Notes under the pieces: generated by a model
The model's input: the letters and a program-made list of their open reading frames with translations, nothing else
Told to the model about the DNA's origin: nothing
Database searches by the model: none
Shown here: piece by piece, positions 1 through 10,819 of the stretch
Layout of the letters: every line of letters starts with the position of its first letter
How positions within the stretch are numbered: position 1 is the first letter of the stretch
Translations under genes and position numbers: made by a program
DNA from: a bacterium
Lineage (GTDB): Bacteria; UBA8248; JACPRG01; G963555815
Length of the DNA stretch: 64,000 nt
Direction: 5' to 3'
Assembly (NCBI GenBank): GCA_965261595.1
Contig: CBDHDG010000006.1
Location: 448,001 to 512,000, forward strand

Positions 1-166
1 GTGGAGGGACCTCAACGTCTTCAATCGGGCCGGGATTCCGTCGCTGACGTATGGTCCGGGCGCCCCGACGGGGGGCGGGATGAAATACCTGAGCGTCGAA
101 GACCTCGAAAGGGCGGCGCGGGTCTACGCCCTCACCGCCTACTACACCTGCCGCGAGGCTTCCTGA
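1..166 (+). CDS. M20/ArgE-DapE family metallopeptidase, C-terminal fragment (runs off window start)
   Basis: Frame 2 reads WRDLNVFNRAGIPSLTYGPG...YLSVEDLERAARVY..., stop TGA 164-166. D..F..GIP...YGPG is typical of M20 C-termini. Not in the ORF track. Confidence 0.65.
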   Translation, partial: WRDLNVFNRAGIPSLTYGPGAPTGGGMKYLSVEDLERAARVYALTAYYTCREAS

Positions 167-252
167 AATCAGAATCCGGGGTTTTCTCAATTGATCCCCG
201 GCCGAATCCAATCTAGGATTCAAGAAATTCTACCCGCCTCAAGGGATGACCC

Positions 253-1059
253 GTGACGAAACCGCCGCACCGCTACTGGAATGAGATGACGACCGAGGAC
301 TTCTCGGCCCTGGACCTCCGGAGGGTGATCGCCGTCCTGCCCGTGGGGGCCACCGAACAACACGGCCCGCACCTGCCGGTCCACACCGACTGTTGCATCA
401 ATGAGGGCGTCCTTTCGCGGGCGCTGGATCTGCTCCCCGCCGATTTGCAAGTGACGGCGCTGCCGATGATCTCGATCGGGAAGAGCAGCGAGCACACGGC
501 CTTCCCCGGAACGCTGACCCTGACCACCGAGACGCTGATCCGGGTGTTGATGGAGATCGGCGAGAGCGTGAACCGCTCCGGCGTGCGCAAGCTGGTTTTG
601 TTCAACAGCCACGGCGGCCAGCCGCAGATCCTCGACATCGTGGCGCGCGACCTCCGGGTGAGCTTCGGAATGCTGGTCGCCGCCGTGAACGCCGGCCGGC
701 TGCTCGTATCGGACGGCCTGTTTTCCGATTCCGAGATGAAGCACGGCATTCACGCCGGGGCCAAAGAGACGTCGTTGATGCTCCACCTCCGACCTGATTC
801 GGTCCGCCGCGAGAAGATCCGGCGGTTCGAGACCCTCTCGGAGGAAATGGAGGCGCACTACAAGTTCCTCTCACCCGAGGGCAGGGTGGGGTTCGGCTGG
901 CAGGTTCAGGACCTGAATCCCGCGGGGGTTTGCGGCGACGCGACCGACGCCGACGCCGGGCGTGGCGGAAAGATGGTGGAGGAAATGGCGGGCAATCTCG
1001 TTGAGGTCCTGAAAGAGGTCGACCGCCTGCCCATCGACATTCTGAAGGATCGGCCCTGA
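253..1059 (+). CDS. Creatininase / creatinine amidohydrolase family protein
   Basis: Motifs LPVGATEQHGPHLP..TD, SSEH..FPGT, NSHGG, HAGAKETS. Confidence 0.9.
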   Translation: MTKPPHRYWNEMTTEDFSALDLRRVIAVLPVGATEQHGPHLPVHTDCCINEGVLSRALDLLPADLQVTALPMISIGKSSEHTAFPGTLTLTTETLIRVLMEIGESVNRSGVRKLVLFNSHGGQPQILDIVARDLRVSFGMLVAAVNAGRLLVSDGLFSDSEMKHGIHAGAKETSLMLHLRPDSVRREKIRRFETLSEEMEAHYKFLSPEGRVGFGWQVQDLNPAGVCGDATDADAGRGGKMVEEMAGNLVEVLKEVDRLPIDILKDRP

Positions 1060-1097
1060 GTCGCGGGGAGTACGGGAGGAAAGGGAGGGGGGGCGCC

Positions 1098-2531
1098 GTG
1101 ACGCGCGAACCGGACACCGGAAGGCGGCGGATCGACTGGCAGGACTTCGCCCGGGCGCTGGACGGCGTGCCGGCGACGCTCGACCCCGGCCGGGTCAAGA
1201 AGAAGTCCCACGATTATTACTGGTTCAGCCCGATTCTCAAGGAAACGCTGAGCGACAAGTTCGGCGATATCCTGGTCACGCCGCGCGGCCTGGAGGACGT
1301 GCTGAAGGTCGCCCGCACGTGCGTCGAGTGGCGGGCGCCGCTGACCGTGCGGGGCGCCGGGACGGGCAACTACGGACAGGCCATCCCGCTCGAAGGCGGC
1401 GTCATTCTCGACGTCTCGAAGATGACCGCCGTCCGGTGGCTCAAGCCCGGGCTGATCCGATGCGAAGCGGGGATCCTGCTGGGTGCCGTTGACGCCGAGT
1501 CGCGAAAGACCGGCTGGGAGCTGCGGATCACGCCCTCGACCAAGCGCACCGCCACCCTGGGCGGGACCATCGCCGGCGGCAGCGCGGGCGTGGGGTCCAT
1601 CCTCCACGGCCTCCTGCGCGACACGGGCAACATCAACGGCCTCCAGGTCGTCACGATGGAGGACGAACCCCGGGTCATCGAGCCGCGGGGCAAAGAGATC
1701 CAACAGGCCAACCACGCCTACGGCACCAACGGGATCATCACCGAGCTGGAAGTTCCCCTGGCGCCGGCCTATCCTTGGGCGGACCTGATCGTCGCCTTCG
1801 ACGGCCTGATGACCGCCGCGCGATTCGGCCAGGCCCTGGGGGACGCCGACGGCATCGTCAAGAACGAGTGCAGCGTCTGCGCCTGGCCGATCCCCAAGTA
1901 CCTCAAGCCGCTACGGGGGTTCATCCCCGAGGGGAAGACAATCGCCATCTGCATGGTCGCCGAGCAGTCGCTGGAACCCTTCGAGACCCTCGTGGCAGAT
2001 TTTGGCGGCGAGATTTGCTACCGGAAGATCGCCGAAGAGGTGGCCTCGGGCACGCCGCTCTTCGAATACACCTGGAACCACACCACGCTCTACGCTATCA
2101 AGGCGGACCCCTCGATCACTTATCTCCAGGCCCTGTTCAAGCCCGGGCGCAACCTGGAGCGGATCGAGCACGTGGCCGATCATTTTGGGGATGAAATGCC
2201 GATTCACCTGGAATTCATCCGCCTTCACGGCCAGGTGGGCTGCATGGGCGTGGTGCTCTTGCGCTACCGGGGGGAATCGCGCCTGAACGAGGTGATCGAA
2301 TACCTGGAAGACTACGGCGTGCCGGTGTTCAATCCGCACACCCCGATCCTGGAAGACGGAGGGATGAAGATGGTCAACCGGGCGCAGCTCGATTTCAAGA
2401 AGCTCGCCGATCCCTACGGCCTCCTCAACCCGGGCAAGATGCGCGCCTGGATGGAAGACCGGGAGGTGCTTGGAAAGGAAGACGCCCTCTACCCCGCGGA
2501 CCACTCCGGCGGCCGCACCGTCGAGGATTAG
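1098..2531 (+). CDS. FAD-binding oxidoreductase (GlcD/VAO-type FAD-linked oxidase)
   Basis: RGAGTGNYGQ, ATLGGTIAGGS.G, YGTNGIIT, C-terminal DPYGLLNPGK. Confidence 0.85.
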   Translation: MTREPDTGRRRIDWQDFARALDGVPATLDPGRVKKKSHDYYWFSPILKETLSDKFGDILVTPRGLEDVLKVARTCVEWRAPLTVRGAGTGNYGQAIPLEGGVILDVSKMTAVRWLKPGLIRCEAGILLGAVDAESRKTGWELRITPSTKRTATLGGTIAGGSAGVGSILHGLLRDTGNINGLQVVTMEDEPRVIEPRGKEIQQANHAYGTNGIITELEVPLAPAYPWADLIVAFDGLMTAARFGQALGDADGIVKNECSVCAWPIPKYLKPLRGFIPEGKTIAICMVAEQSLEPFETLVADFGGEICYRKIAEEVASGTPLFEYTWNHTTLYAIKADPSITYLQALFKPGRNLERIEHVADHFGDEMPIHLEFIRLHGQVGCMGVVLLRYRGESRLNEVIEYLEDYGVPVFNPHTPILEDGGMKMVNRAQLDFKKLADPYGLLNPGKMRAWMEDREVLGKEDALYPADHSGGRTVED

Positions 2532-2607
2532 GCCGGATTTCTCAAGAAGTTTGGCTGGGGCGCTAGTGCGCCATGGATGCAACGGTGGTCTGCCGGGGAG
2601 CAGAGAA

Positions 2608-2708
2608 GCAGGGGCGGGTACGGAGCCCCGCCCCTACATCTGGGCGCCCTTCGGGAGTTTTCCGTGTAGGGGCGGGGCGCGAGTCGGTTGACTCCTGCAC
2701 CCGCCCCC
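2608..2708. repeat. GTAG-type REP-like palindrome pair
   Basis: GGGGCGGG-TACGGAGC-CCCGCCCCTAC followed by GTAGGGGCGGGG...CCCGCCCC; resembles the copies at 14973, 45818-45992 and 50897. Confidence 0.6.
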
Positions 2709-2791
2709 AACAACCGGCCGCAAGTCGAATCGCCGACGAACAGCCCAAGGGAGTTCGACCTGTTGAATCGTTCCCCTTCCCGCGGGTCCCT

Positions 2792-3033
2792 TCACTCATC
2801 CCCGGTGACAGCCACGGCCTGAGCCTCGGGCATCCTATCCGGGTGCGCGAATCCCGCTACGGTGATCCGGGCGCCGGCGGGGCAACCCCCGGAGAAACAC
2901 CCGCTTCGAATCTCCCCCCCCCCCCCGAACTTCAGTCCGTGGCGGACGTCGAGGATGAACACCGTCATCGTCACCAGGTCTTGCAGGCTCCCGCCCACCT
3001 CCTCCAGCCGCTTTTCCATTTTCCGGAACGCGG
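2792..3033 (-). pseudogene. Degenerate duplicate of the 3' two-thirds of the RidA-family gene at 5381-5773
   Basis: Colinear with 5381-5613 (FRKMEKRLEEVGGSLQDLVTMTVFILDVRHG...VTGDE*). No 5' part or start; the C4 run is expanded to C13 at 2914-2926. Confidence 0.85.
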
Positions 3034-3238
3034 TATGATCCCCTGAGACGGTCGGCTTTTTTGACATCCCGCTCATCAAGAGAAGGGACCCGTTTTTGGG
3101 AGAAGGAATCGAGGGGAATGACCGGGTGTGTTGCATTTCTTGGGCGGGGGGTCCAGAAAATGGAATGTCATCATCCATGCCCTTTCTCCCGGCGGCCCGT
3201 CCCATGGTCCATCCCGTTATGGAAGAACGAACCAGGAA

Positions 3239-5336
3239 ATGATTGAGCGGCTTGAGTCCATCATCTCCGCATTGTTTCAGCCCAATGACGGGGATGACAA
3301 TTTCTCGATCTTCGATCCCGCCGTTCAACTGGACGAGGATCGCACCGACCCCGCCGGCATCGCCCGGTCGCTGAACGCCGCATTCCTGATCTTGCTCGCG
3401 GGCGGGGGAGACGCGGGGCGTCCGGCATTCGAGCGGGCGCACCGCTACCTCTCCCGTATGACCGATTCCTCCGAGTGGGCGGAAGTCGCCGGATTCTTCC
3501 TGAAAGGGAGAGAGCTGATTCATGAAGAGATCGAAACGGTTTGCAAGAACGACGCCGGTTTCGCGGAACGTCTTGAGGGCCTCTCGGAATGGCTGTCGGA
3601 TCAGCAGAATCTGAAGAAGCGGGAAGAGACCATCGAGAAAATCTGGTCGGTCTTTTTTCCGGAAGCCCTCCACATCCGGACAAGGACAGAAAAAGCCGTA
3701 GAAGACCTACGGGCGAAGCGCACCATCACCCTGACGAAGCTGAACGACAAACCGATCACCCATGTTGCCCGGCAGATTCTCTTCACCTCGAACATCATTC
3801 TCGCGGCGCCCCCTGCCTCCAGGTCTCTCGATGAGCTCTCCCTGAGCGAGGGGCTGAAGGAAAGGCTTTCTCGAATCGCCCGCGAACCTCAGCTCCACTG
3901 GTACGATCACCCCATCCAAATCGGCGTGGAACAGGAGAAAAACGAGGTCCTATACGGCCTCCGCGGCTTGGACGCGGCGGTTGCGTTCGAACGGGTCCGG
4001 GGCGGGGCCTCACGCGATGAAAAACTGACCTGCGTGTTGTCGGTCTCGGTGACCCATCAAGGCCTCAAAGATATGGTCAGAACCGTACCTCGGGGAGGAA
4101 TTCGCCCGCTTTGGCGGGCTGAACAACCTGGAGGTCACCGTGTTCACCGAAGAGGACACCCGCCGGATGATCGACGAGGTTCTCGATCCCGCGGCCCGGC
4201 GTTACCTGCAGCGCAACGACGCCAAAGAGCTCCTCGGCATCTTCGGCGTGGACGGCGAATACGGCAGGCACTACAGCTTTCTGAAGGCCGTCGCCGCATT
4301 CTGGAACGTCTTCATCCAGCCGGAAATCAGGGCCACGTTCAAGATCGACCTCGACCAGGTTTTTCCGCAAAACGAACTCGTCGAACAAACCGGCCGGTCC
4401 GCATTCGCCCACCTGGCAACTCCGCTCTGGGGAGCCCGAGGAATCGATGCCGGCGGGAAACCCGTCGAGCTCGGCATGATCGCCGGGGCGCTCGTCAACG
4501 AGAGTGACATCGACAAATCCCTGTTCACCCCCGATGTCCTTTTCCCGGACCCTTCCCTTTCTCCGGATGAGTGCATTTTCTTTAGCCCATTGCCGCAGGC
4601 AGTTTCGACGGAAGCGGAAATGATGACGCGCTACAACACGGAGAAACCGGACGGCCGGAGAACGTGCATTCAGCGCATCCACGTTACGGGCGGAACGAAC
4701 GGCATCCTCGTGGACCCCCTGCGCCGGTATCGTCCCTTTACACCATCCTTCATCGGCCGGGGAGAGGACCAGGCGTATCTCCTCTCCGTGCTCTCTCACC
4801 GGGAACCGAGACTCGCTTATCTCCACAAGGACGGCCTCATCATGCGCCACGAGAAAGAAGCATTTGCGCAGGAGGCCATCCAGGCCGCTTCCGTAGGCAA
4901 GCTGATCGGTGATTACGTCCGCATTCTCTACTTTTCCGCGTACGCCGAGACGCTGGGAGAAGGCAACTCGACGCCCCTGAAAGATGCGGTGGATCCGTTC
5001 ACGGGCTGTTTCATCTCCAGGATTCCGAAAACCGTCGTGTTCCTTCGCTTCGGCCTCAAGGCCGCGTCGCTCTTCACGGAGCGTGAAGACGAACAAGGGC
5101 TTGAGTTCGTCACCCTGGGCTCACGGAACATCGCAAAGGCGCTTGATTTTGTCCGGGGTGAAAAAGGCGGGCTCAGGCAGTCCTACGAAAGGGAGCGCCG
5201 TGGGTGGGACGTGTATTACGACGTCCTCTCCGCAGTCGAAGACGCCCTGCGTGATGAAGACGCCTTTGCGCTGGATTTGCGGAAGGGGGCGCAACGCATC
5301 GTGGATCAATGCGCCGTCCGCTTCGGCCCCGCGTGA
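3239..5336 (+). CDS. Hypothetical protein of about 700 aa, frameshifted near 4080; possible GT-A-like DxD motif
   Basis: ORF 3128-4507 looks protein-like up to ...SVTHQGLKDMVR, then coding continues in the 4140-5336 frame (PYLGEEFARFGGLNNLEVTVFTEED...). Motifs FKIDLDQVFP and GRGEDQ. Confidence 0.7.
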
Positions 5337-5380
5337 GCCCTCCGGTCATTCGGCAACCCCTGTGGCATCCGTGGATCTCT

Positions 5381-5773
5381 TTACTCATCCCCGGTGACGG
5401 CCACGGCCTGGATCTCGATCATCATGTCCGGGTGCGCGAATCCTGCTACCGTGATCTGGGCGCTGGCGGGGTAACCCCCGGAGAAATACCCGCTTCGAAT
5501 CTCCCCGAACTTCGGTCCGTGGCGGACGTCGAGGATGAACACCGTCATCGTCACCAGATCCCGCAGGGTCCCGCCCGCCTCTTCCAGCCTCTTTTCCATT
5601 TTCCCGAACACGGCGCGGGCCTGGGCCTCGAAGTCCCCCGCCAGGGAGTTCCCATCCTCGTCTTCCCGCGCCGTCACACCGGCCAGCCAGAGGGTCTTCC
5701 CGCCCCGTGTGACAACGGTTCGTGAGTACCCGCGCGCTTCCTCCCGCTCTCCCTTGTGGTATTCCCGTGGCAT
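5381..5773 (-). CDS. RidA/YjgF family protein
   Basis: GYSR.V..GG..LWLAGV, QAR.VF, YPAS...V.GFAHPD..IEI.AVA; ATG at 5773. Confidence 0.9.
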   Translation of the reverse strand: MPREYHKGEREEARGYSRTVVTRGGKTLWLAGVTAREDEDGNSLAGDFEAQARAVFGKMEKRLEEAGGTLRDLVTMTVFILDVRHGPKFGEIRSGYFSGGYPASAQITVAGFAHPDMMIEIQAVAVTGDE

Positions 5774-6657
5774 TTCTTGAAACCTCCCCGCGAGCCCGCA
5801 ATGGCTGAGCTCTTTGTTGGCGTCCCGCCGCATGAGCGGCAAACTTCAAACCTGTTGATTTTCCCGCAAAACCGGATCCTCCCCCCGTGCGGCGAAGACC
5901 GCAAGCCATCTTTCATCCCATCCATCGGTTGTGGATCAACCCATGGGTCGAAGAGAACAAAGCGACGGATTCCGGAGATTTTGTGATTCACGGAAGCGCC
6001 ACATTCAATCGCGGTGCAGCGCGGGCCGGTTGACCCCGCCGGTTTTCGGTTCAATCCGGGATGGGCGTTCCGTTGTCCCCGATCTCCACCCCGCTTCCCG
6101 GGGTCGCCGGGCGAGAGCCAACCAAGCATGGCCTTGCGCCCTTCGGTCTGTAACGGCTTCCCGCAAGGGTCCAACGGCATCCGGGCAGCCGTCTGAACCA
6201 AGCTGAAGATAATGGCAAAGCCCGTTCGAGCGCCACCCGATTCTTGCTGAATTGAAGGCCGACGCACACCGTGAGGAATGTTTTGGACGATAAAACCGGC
6301 GGTGACGCCACCGGGCCATTACGGGCTCGGGACGCGGATCCGCCGTTGATGGGAGAAGGGGCCGCGATTCCTGAAACCGTCCCAAAGCGCCGCCTGACCC
6401 ACTGATGGAGGGCCGGCGCTCAATCGATTGGGTTGTGAGGAATTTGGGTTCGGTGCTCCGATCCGCGCTTTTCTAAAGGGGACCGATGAGAACCCTTCGG
6501 GGGAGACGGCGGGGCCGAAAATGGGATGCACCGGTTGGCGGTATGTCCGGCGCTCGGCGGGAGGCTCCCCCCCCTTGAGAGGAGGGCTGACCGGACACTT
6601 GGATTCGCGGATTCGCGGATCCACCTTGAAAGGGTCGCCCCGGCCCGCGCCCGCGGT

Positions 6658-7053
6658 TCACTGCACCAAGCTCGCCAAGCTCGCCAAGCTCGCCAAGCTC
6701 GCCAAGCTCATGCTGATGCTGGTTTTCAGGTATTCAATGTCAACGGGCTTGGTGATGTAATCGTAAGCGCCTTCGGAAAGGGCATTCCTTCCGATATTCT
6801 CGGCATGGAGCGCGGTGACCATGATGAATCCCAAGGCGGGATCAATGGCCTTGGCCCTTCTCATCACTTCCATTCCGTTCATTCCCGGCATCCGGATGTC
6901 GAGAAGCACCAGGTGCGGCCGCTCCGCCTGAATCAACTCCAACGCCTGATTTCCTGTAGTGGCCTTCGAAACTTCATACCCCTGCTTCCCCAGAAAAGTT
7001 TCCAGGAACTCGCAGGCCATTGGCTCGTCGTCAACAATCAGGATTTTTGCCAT
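6658..7053 (-). CDS. Single-domain response regulator receiver
   Basis: KILIVDDE, LLDIRMPGMNG, MVTA, GAYDYITKP; C-terminal tail is encoded by a tandem repeat. Confidence 0.9.
   Translation of the reverse strand: MAKILIVDDEPMACEFLETFLGKQGYEVSKATTGNQALELIQAERPHLVLLDIRMPGMNGMEVMRRAKAIDPALGFIMVTALHAENIGRNALSEGAYDYITKPVDIEYLKTSISMSLASLASLASLASLVQ
6666..6710. repeat. 9-bp tandem repeat (CCAAGCTCG) x5 in the receiver gene 3' end
   Basis: Four perfect copies plus a final CCAAGCTCA; encodes SLA repeats on the minus strand. Confidence 0.95.
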
Positions 7054-7277
7054 ATCAGCCCGCGCTTCGAGAAAAGAAGTCATGGTCATTTGGTGAGAAC
7101 CTCATCTTCAACCCTCGGGGGGCCGCTGATTCAGGAGGTCGGATTTCCACCGGTAAAAAACGCCGGCGGCTCCGAGGGGATAGCCAACGGGCATGGAGCA
7201 GGGATGGTGGTAAGGGGGATGAGGGTTATGAATACCATCCCGCTCCAAAACCCGAAGGCCCAAGATTCAGGTCCGAA

Positions 7278-7580
7278 TCAATTCGATACGGCCAACGCCA
7301 GTGTTTTCGCGGCGGCCTTGCGCGCGCGCAGCCCCAGGAGGCCCTCGGCGGCATGCGCCACCTCAATCCACTGAGAGGCGTTCAGGTCGCCCGCGCGACG
7401 CTCAGACTTCGCTTGACGCCGCGCGTCCGTCGAGAGCCGGGCATCGATTCTCCGAATCGTCCGGCTTTCGGCGCCGTATAACCTGGAGAGAACCCGCTCC
7501 TGCGCGAGGGCGCCGCCAACTACCGCCGCCAGAACAAAACCGGAAAGAGCGATCGTCTTTGTGATTTTCGCGACTTTCAT
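7278..7580 (-). CDS. Small exported protein of unknown function
   Basis: Signal-peptide-like N-terminus (MKVAKITK-hydrophobic-ALA|QE), GAGG upstream, and a sigma54-like promoter in front. Confidence 0.6.
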   Translation of the reverse strand: MKVAKITKTIALSGFVLAAVVGGALAQERVLSRLYGAESRTIRRIDARLSTDARRQAKSERRAGDLNASQWIEVAHAAEGLLGLRARKAAAKTLALAVSN

Positions 7581-7628
7581 TGGCCATACCTCAAAATATC
7601 AGTTTGAATTCTTGCTTTTCTTGTATTA

Positions 7629-7780
7629 ACAAAGACCGTGCCAAGACGCCAGAAATCGTATTCTCACTGTATTATCAATTTTTTATGTGATATTTCATCC
7701 CAACCGACTGCATCGGGCGAGACCCGTTTGAGACAACATGATTGTCTCAAGATTGTCTCACATCCGTCTCATGTGAGACA
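7629..7780 (-). promoter_or_regulatory. Putative sigma54 promoter with IHF site and upstream palindromic activator sites
   Basis: Minus strand TGGCACG-GTCT-TTGT (7643-7629); TATCAA-TTTT-TTA (7673-7685) matches the IHF consensus WATCAAN4TTR; perfect inverted repeats at 7728-7750 and 7754-7780. Confidence 0.65.
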
Positions 7781-8239
7781 TGCTTTCCCCGGATCTGGAA
7801 TTCCTCGCACAGATGTTATCCAGTTTTGTATTGCCGGAAGAATCTTATTGTCCGGCGTCTGATTGGAAATAAATTGGAATATAAGACATAAGGGGGTGGG
7901 GTGAGGGGCGGATTCTTTCACCGCTATCGAGGCTGTCTTGATCCCCCGTCCTTGTGGTAGCCTATATTGTAGTGGGGGTTGAGGTATTTGGCGTCCCGCG
8001 TGAAAAGGCGGTGATCGGCGATTGGGACATCCCGATTCCGATTCCGCGATTTTGGAGATTCAAAATGAAGCGCCTTGCGGCTGCGATCCTGGTCTGTTTG
8101 GCCCTTTCCCCGGTCAGCGTTTTCGCGAAACCGTTTCTCATCCGGGCCGCCGGGGTCCAGCTCGAATTGCCCGAGTACTGGGGGGTCAGGGAGCGGGAAG
8201 GCATCCTCACCCGCATTTCCCATATGGATGATAATTTTT

Positions 8240-9139
8240 GGGGATTATAAAGGTTTTGACACCAATTGAGTGAGATGTTGGACCACCAGGGGAAAGAGAT
8301 CCTGGTGTCGGTGATTGTAACGGAATTCCATCTCCTTCAGGTAGAGGGGGAACCGCTCTTTGGACACCCCATGATGTTTGATGAGCCTCTCCTTGGCGTA
8401 GGCCCAAAAGCCTTCCAGGCCGTTGATGTGCACTTTGCCCCGACTGAAGCGCCGATCATGATCCACCCGCAAGTGGCGATAGCCGCAGAACATCAGGGCG
8501 TCATAGACCCGGTAGCGGTCGGTGTAGACCACGCTGCCCCGACGGACCAACTTCACGGTGGAGGCCAAAAGGGTCTGGGCCTTGACGTTGCCGACCGCCT
8601 CCACCTTCACCCGGCCGCCCCGCTCCAATATGCCGAAAACAGGGACTTTACCCGCTGCGCCTCGGCCTCTCTTGCCCTTGCGCTTGCCCCCGAAGTAGGC
8701 CTCGTCCGCCTCCACCTCCCCTCGAAGAAGCTCCTGTCCCCCCGGCGTGCCGGCCACAAGACTGCGCCTGAGCGTCGTCACGGCCCGCAGCGCTGTCGGA
8801 TAGCTCACGGCGAGTTGCTGGGCCATCTTGCGGGCCGAGACCTCCAGCTCAAAGAGCTTCACCACCCAAAGCCACTGCCGGGCCGAGAGGCGAAGTTGGC
8901 CCAGCCAGCGGCCCGTGAACGGCCCGAAGGTGTACCGACACCCAGCGCAGCGAAAGCGCCCCCGCGTGCCCAAAACGTAGCGTTTTCGACCCTCACAACG
9001 AGGGCAGATTTTACGCCCGTTTTTCTGACACGCCATGAGCAGATGGCGTCTCGCTGTAGCTTCCGATTTTACAAGGACTTCAAAGCTCTTCAAGTCCACG
9101 ACACCAGCCTAATCCGGTGTCATATCTTTTACAATCGCC
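8240..9139 (-). mobile_element. IS1595-family element nested in the IS1380 left end
   Basis: 8-bp direct repeat TAATTTTT at 8232-8239 and 9140-9147; imperfect TIRs GGGGATTATAAAGG / CTTTTACAATCGCC. Confidence 0.9.
8245..9099 (-). CDS. IS1595-family transposase
   Basis: CPRC..C..C zinc ribbon, VEADEAYFGG, VYTD, HINGLEGFW. Confidence 0.92.
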   Translation of the reverse strand: MDLKSFEVLVKSEATARRHLLMACQKNGRKICPRCEGRKRYVLGTRGRFRCAGCRYTFGPFTGRWLGQLRLSARQWLWVVKLFELEVSARKMAQQLAVSYPTALRAVTTLRRSLVAGTPGGQELLRGEVEADEAYFGGKRKGKRGRGAAGKVPVFGILERGGRVKVEAVGNVKAQTLLASTVKLVRRGSVVYTDRYRVYDALMFCGYRHLRVDHDRRFSRGKVHINGLEGFWAYAKERLIKHHGVSKERFPLYLKEMEFRYNHRHQDLFPLVVQHLTQLVSKPL

Positions 9140-10819
9140 TAATTTTTAACGCCCCGAAGGCCGTTTTCTCGTGTAAAATCAAGGTGTTGGCCTCTCCCTG
9201 CCATCATCTTGCGAGGGGACCCAATGGGTGAAGCGAAAAAGAGGCCGTTGAGGCTCCAATTCGACGGTCGGCTCAGGCTGGAGTTTCACGGAGCAAAGGT
9301 TACGAGTGACGCCGGTTTGCTTGCCTATCGTGAACTGGATGAGGTGTTGGGGCTGACGAAGGCGGCCGAGGGGTTTCTGTCCGATTCACGGACGGGCGGG
9401 AACACCCGGCACAGCCTCACCGCTTTGGTGCGCCAGTCGGTCTACAGCCGCCTGGCAGGATATAAAGACACCAATGATGCCGAGCGGCTCTGTGTCGATC
9501 CCGCCATGCGTCAGGTGGTTGGGGGGCGAGCGAAGTATCACACCGCTGCCTCCACCAGCCAGATGAGCCGATTCGAGACGCAGACCCTCACCCGGCCCCT
9601 TAACCCCTCAAGGCGCTGAGCGGTCTGCCCGGTGTGTTGGTGGATCGTGTCCGCAAACGCAAGCCGATTCGCAAGCTGATCCTGGACATGGACAGTTCGG
9701 TCAGCCCGACCCACGGTGAGCAGGAAGGCTCTTCCTACAACGGCCACTTCGGCTGCACCTGCTATCACCCACTGTTTTGCTTCAACCAGTTTGGCGATCT
9801 GGAGCGGGCGCTGTTGCGCAACGGCAAGGTCCACAGCGCTGATGACTGGCGGTCTGTATTGGAGCCGGTGGTAGCTCGCTACCGGGATGCGAAGGTCTGT
9901 CGGTTTTTTCGAGGCGACGCGGCATTTGCCAAGCCGGAGGTGTACCGATACCTTGAGGCGGAGGGCTACTCCTATGCGATTCGGCTTCCGGCCAACGCCA
10001 TCTTGTACAGGGACATCGAATACCTTCTGACCCGGCCGGTTGGCCGACCGCCCAAAAGGCCCATTATCTTCTACCACAGCGTCTCCCCTATCAGGCGGCT
10101 AGTTGGGAGAAGCCTCGCCGGGTGGTGGTGGCGGTCGAGTGGCACCAGGGCGAGTTGTTTCCAAGAGTCAGCTTCATCGTGACCAACCTGCACTGGCGGG
10201 AAGAGAACGTCGTGAGGTTCTACAACCAGCGTGGGACGGCGGAGCAGTGGATCAAGGAGGGCAAGTACGCCCTGAACTGGACGCGCCTGTCCTGCCACGG
10301 CTTTGAAGAGAACCAGGTTCGCTTGCAACTATTTGCCTTGGCGTACAACCTGGCAAACTTCCTGCGGCGGCTGGCGTTGCCCAGAGCGGTGAAGCACTGG
10401 TCGCTGACGACGTTACGCGAGAAGCTGATTAAGATTGGGGCCAAGGTGGTCACCCACGCCCGGTACACCACCTTCCAGATGGCCGAGGTGGCCGTGCCGC
10501 GTCAACTGTTCAGGGCAATCCTTGAACGAATTCGACGGTTGTGGTTACCGCCTCCCGTACCAGATACCGGATGACGGAGCAGATGGCCCGGAAGCTTAGT
10601 GACGTGGTGGAGACGGGGGATCAGTCTGTGCCGAACTCCCCTGAGTGTGCCGGTAGAGCTGGGTTTTCAAGGGATTGCGGCTTTAGGACGGCCGTTGCCC
10701 CTCGATTGAGCAGAGGGTTCTGCAAAGAGACCCTGAATCTGTAGTAAAATGGGGTACTTTGATGACACAGGAGGACCACAGGATGGCTAAGAGTGGTCAT
10801 CTGGGAAATCCCGGTTTAA

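Larger units (their letters stand above)
8210..10814 (+). mobile_element. IS1380-family element with frameshifted transposase (9224-10574)
   Basis: Ends CCCGCATTTCCCATATG and CATCTGGGAAATCCCGG. Transposase motifs TSDAGLL, LDMDSS..HGEQEG..YNGH, RGDAAF, FYNQRG.AEQWIKEGK are spread over three frames (shifts near 9600 and 10085). Confidence 0.9.

Noticed and set aside
5850..6650. Small ORFs or ncRNA between ridA and the receiver gene
   Set aside because: Only GC-rich hairpins and low-quality ORFs; nothing supportable
6666..6710. Possible CRISPR or iteron array
   Set aside because: Simple 9-bp tandem repeat inside a coding region
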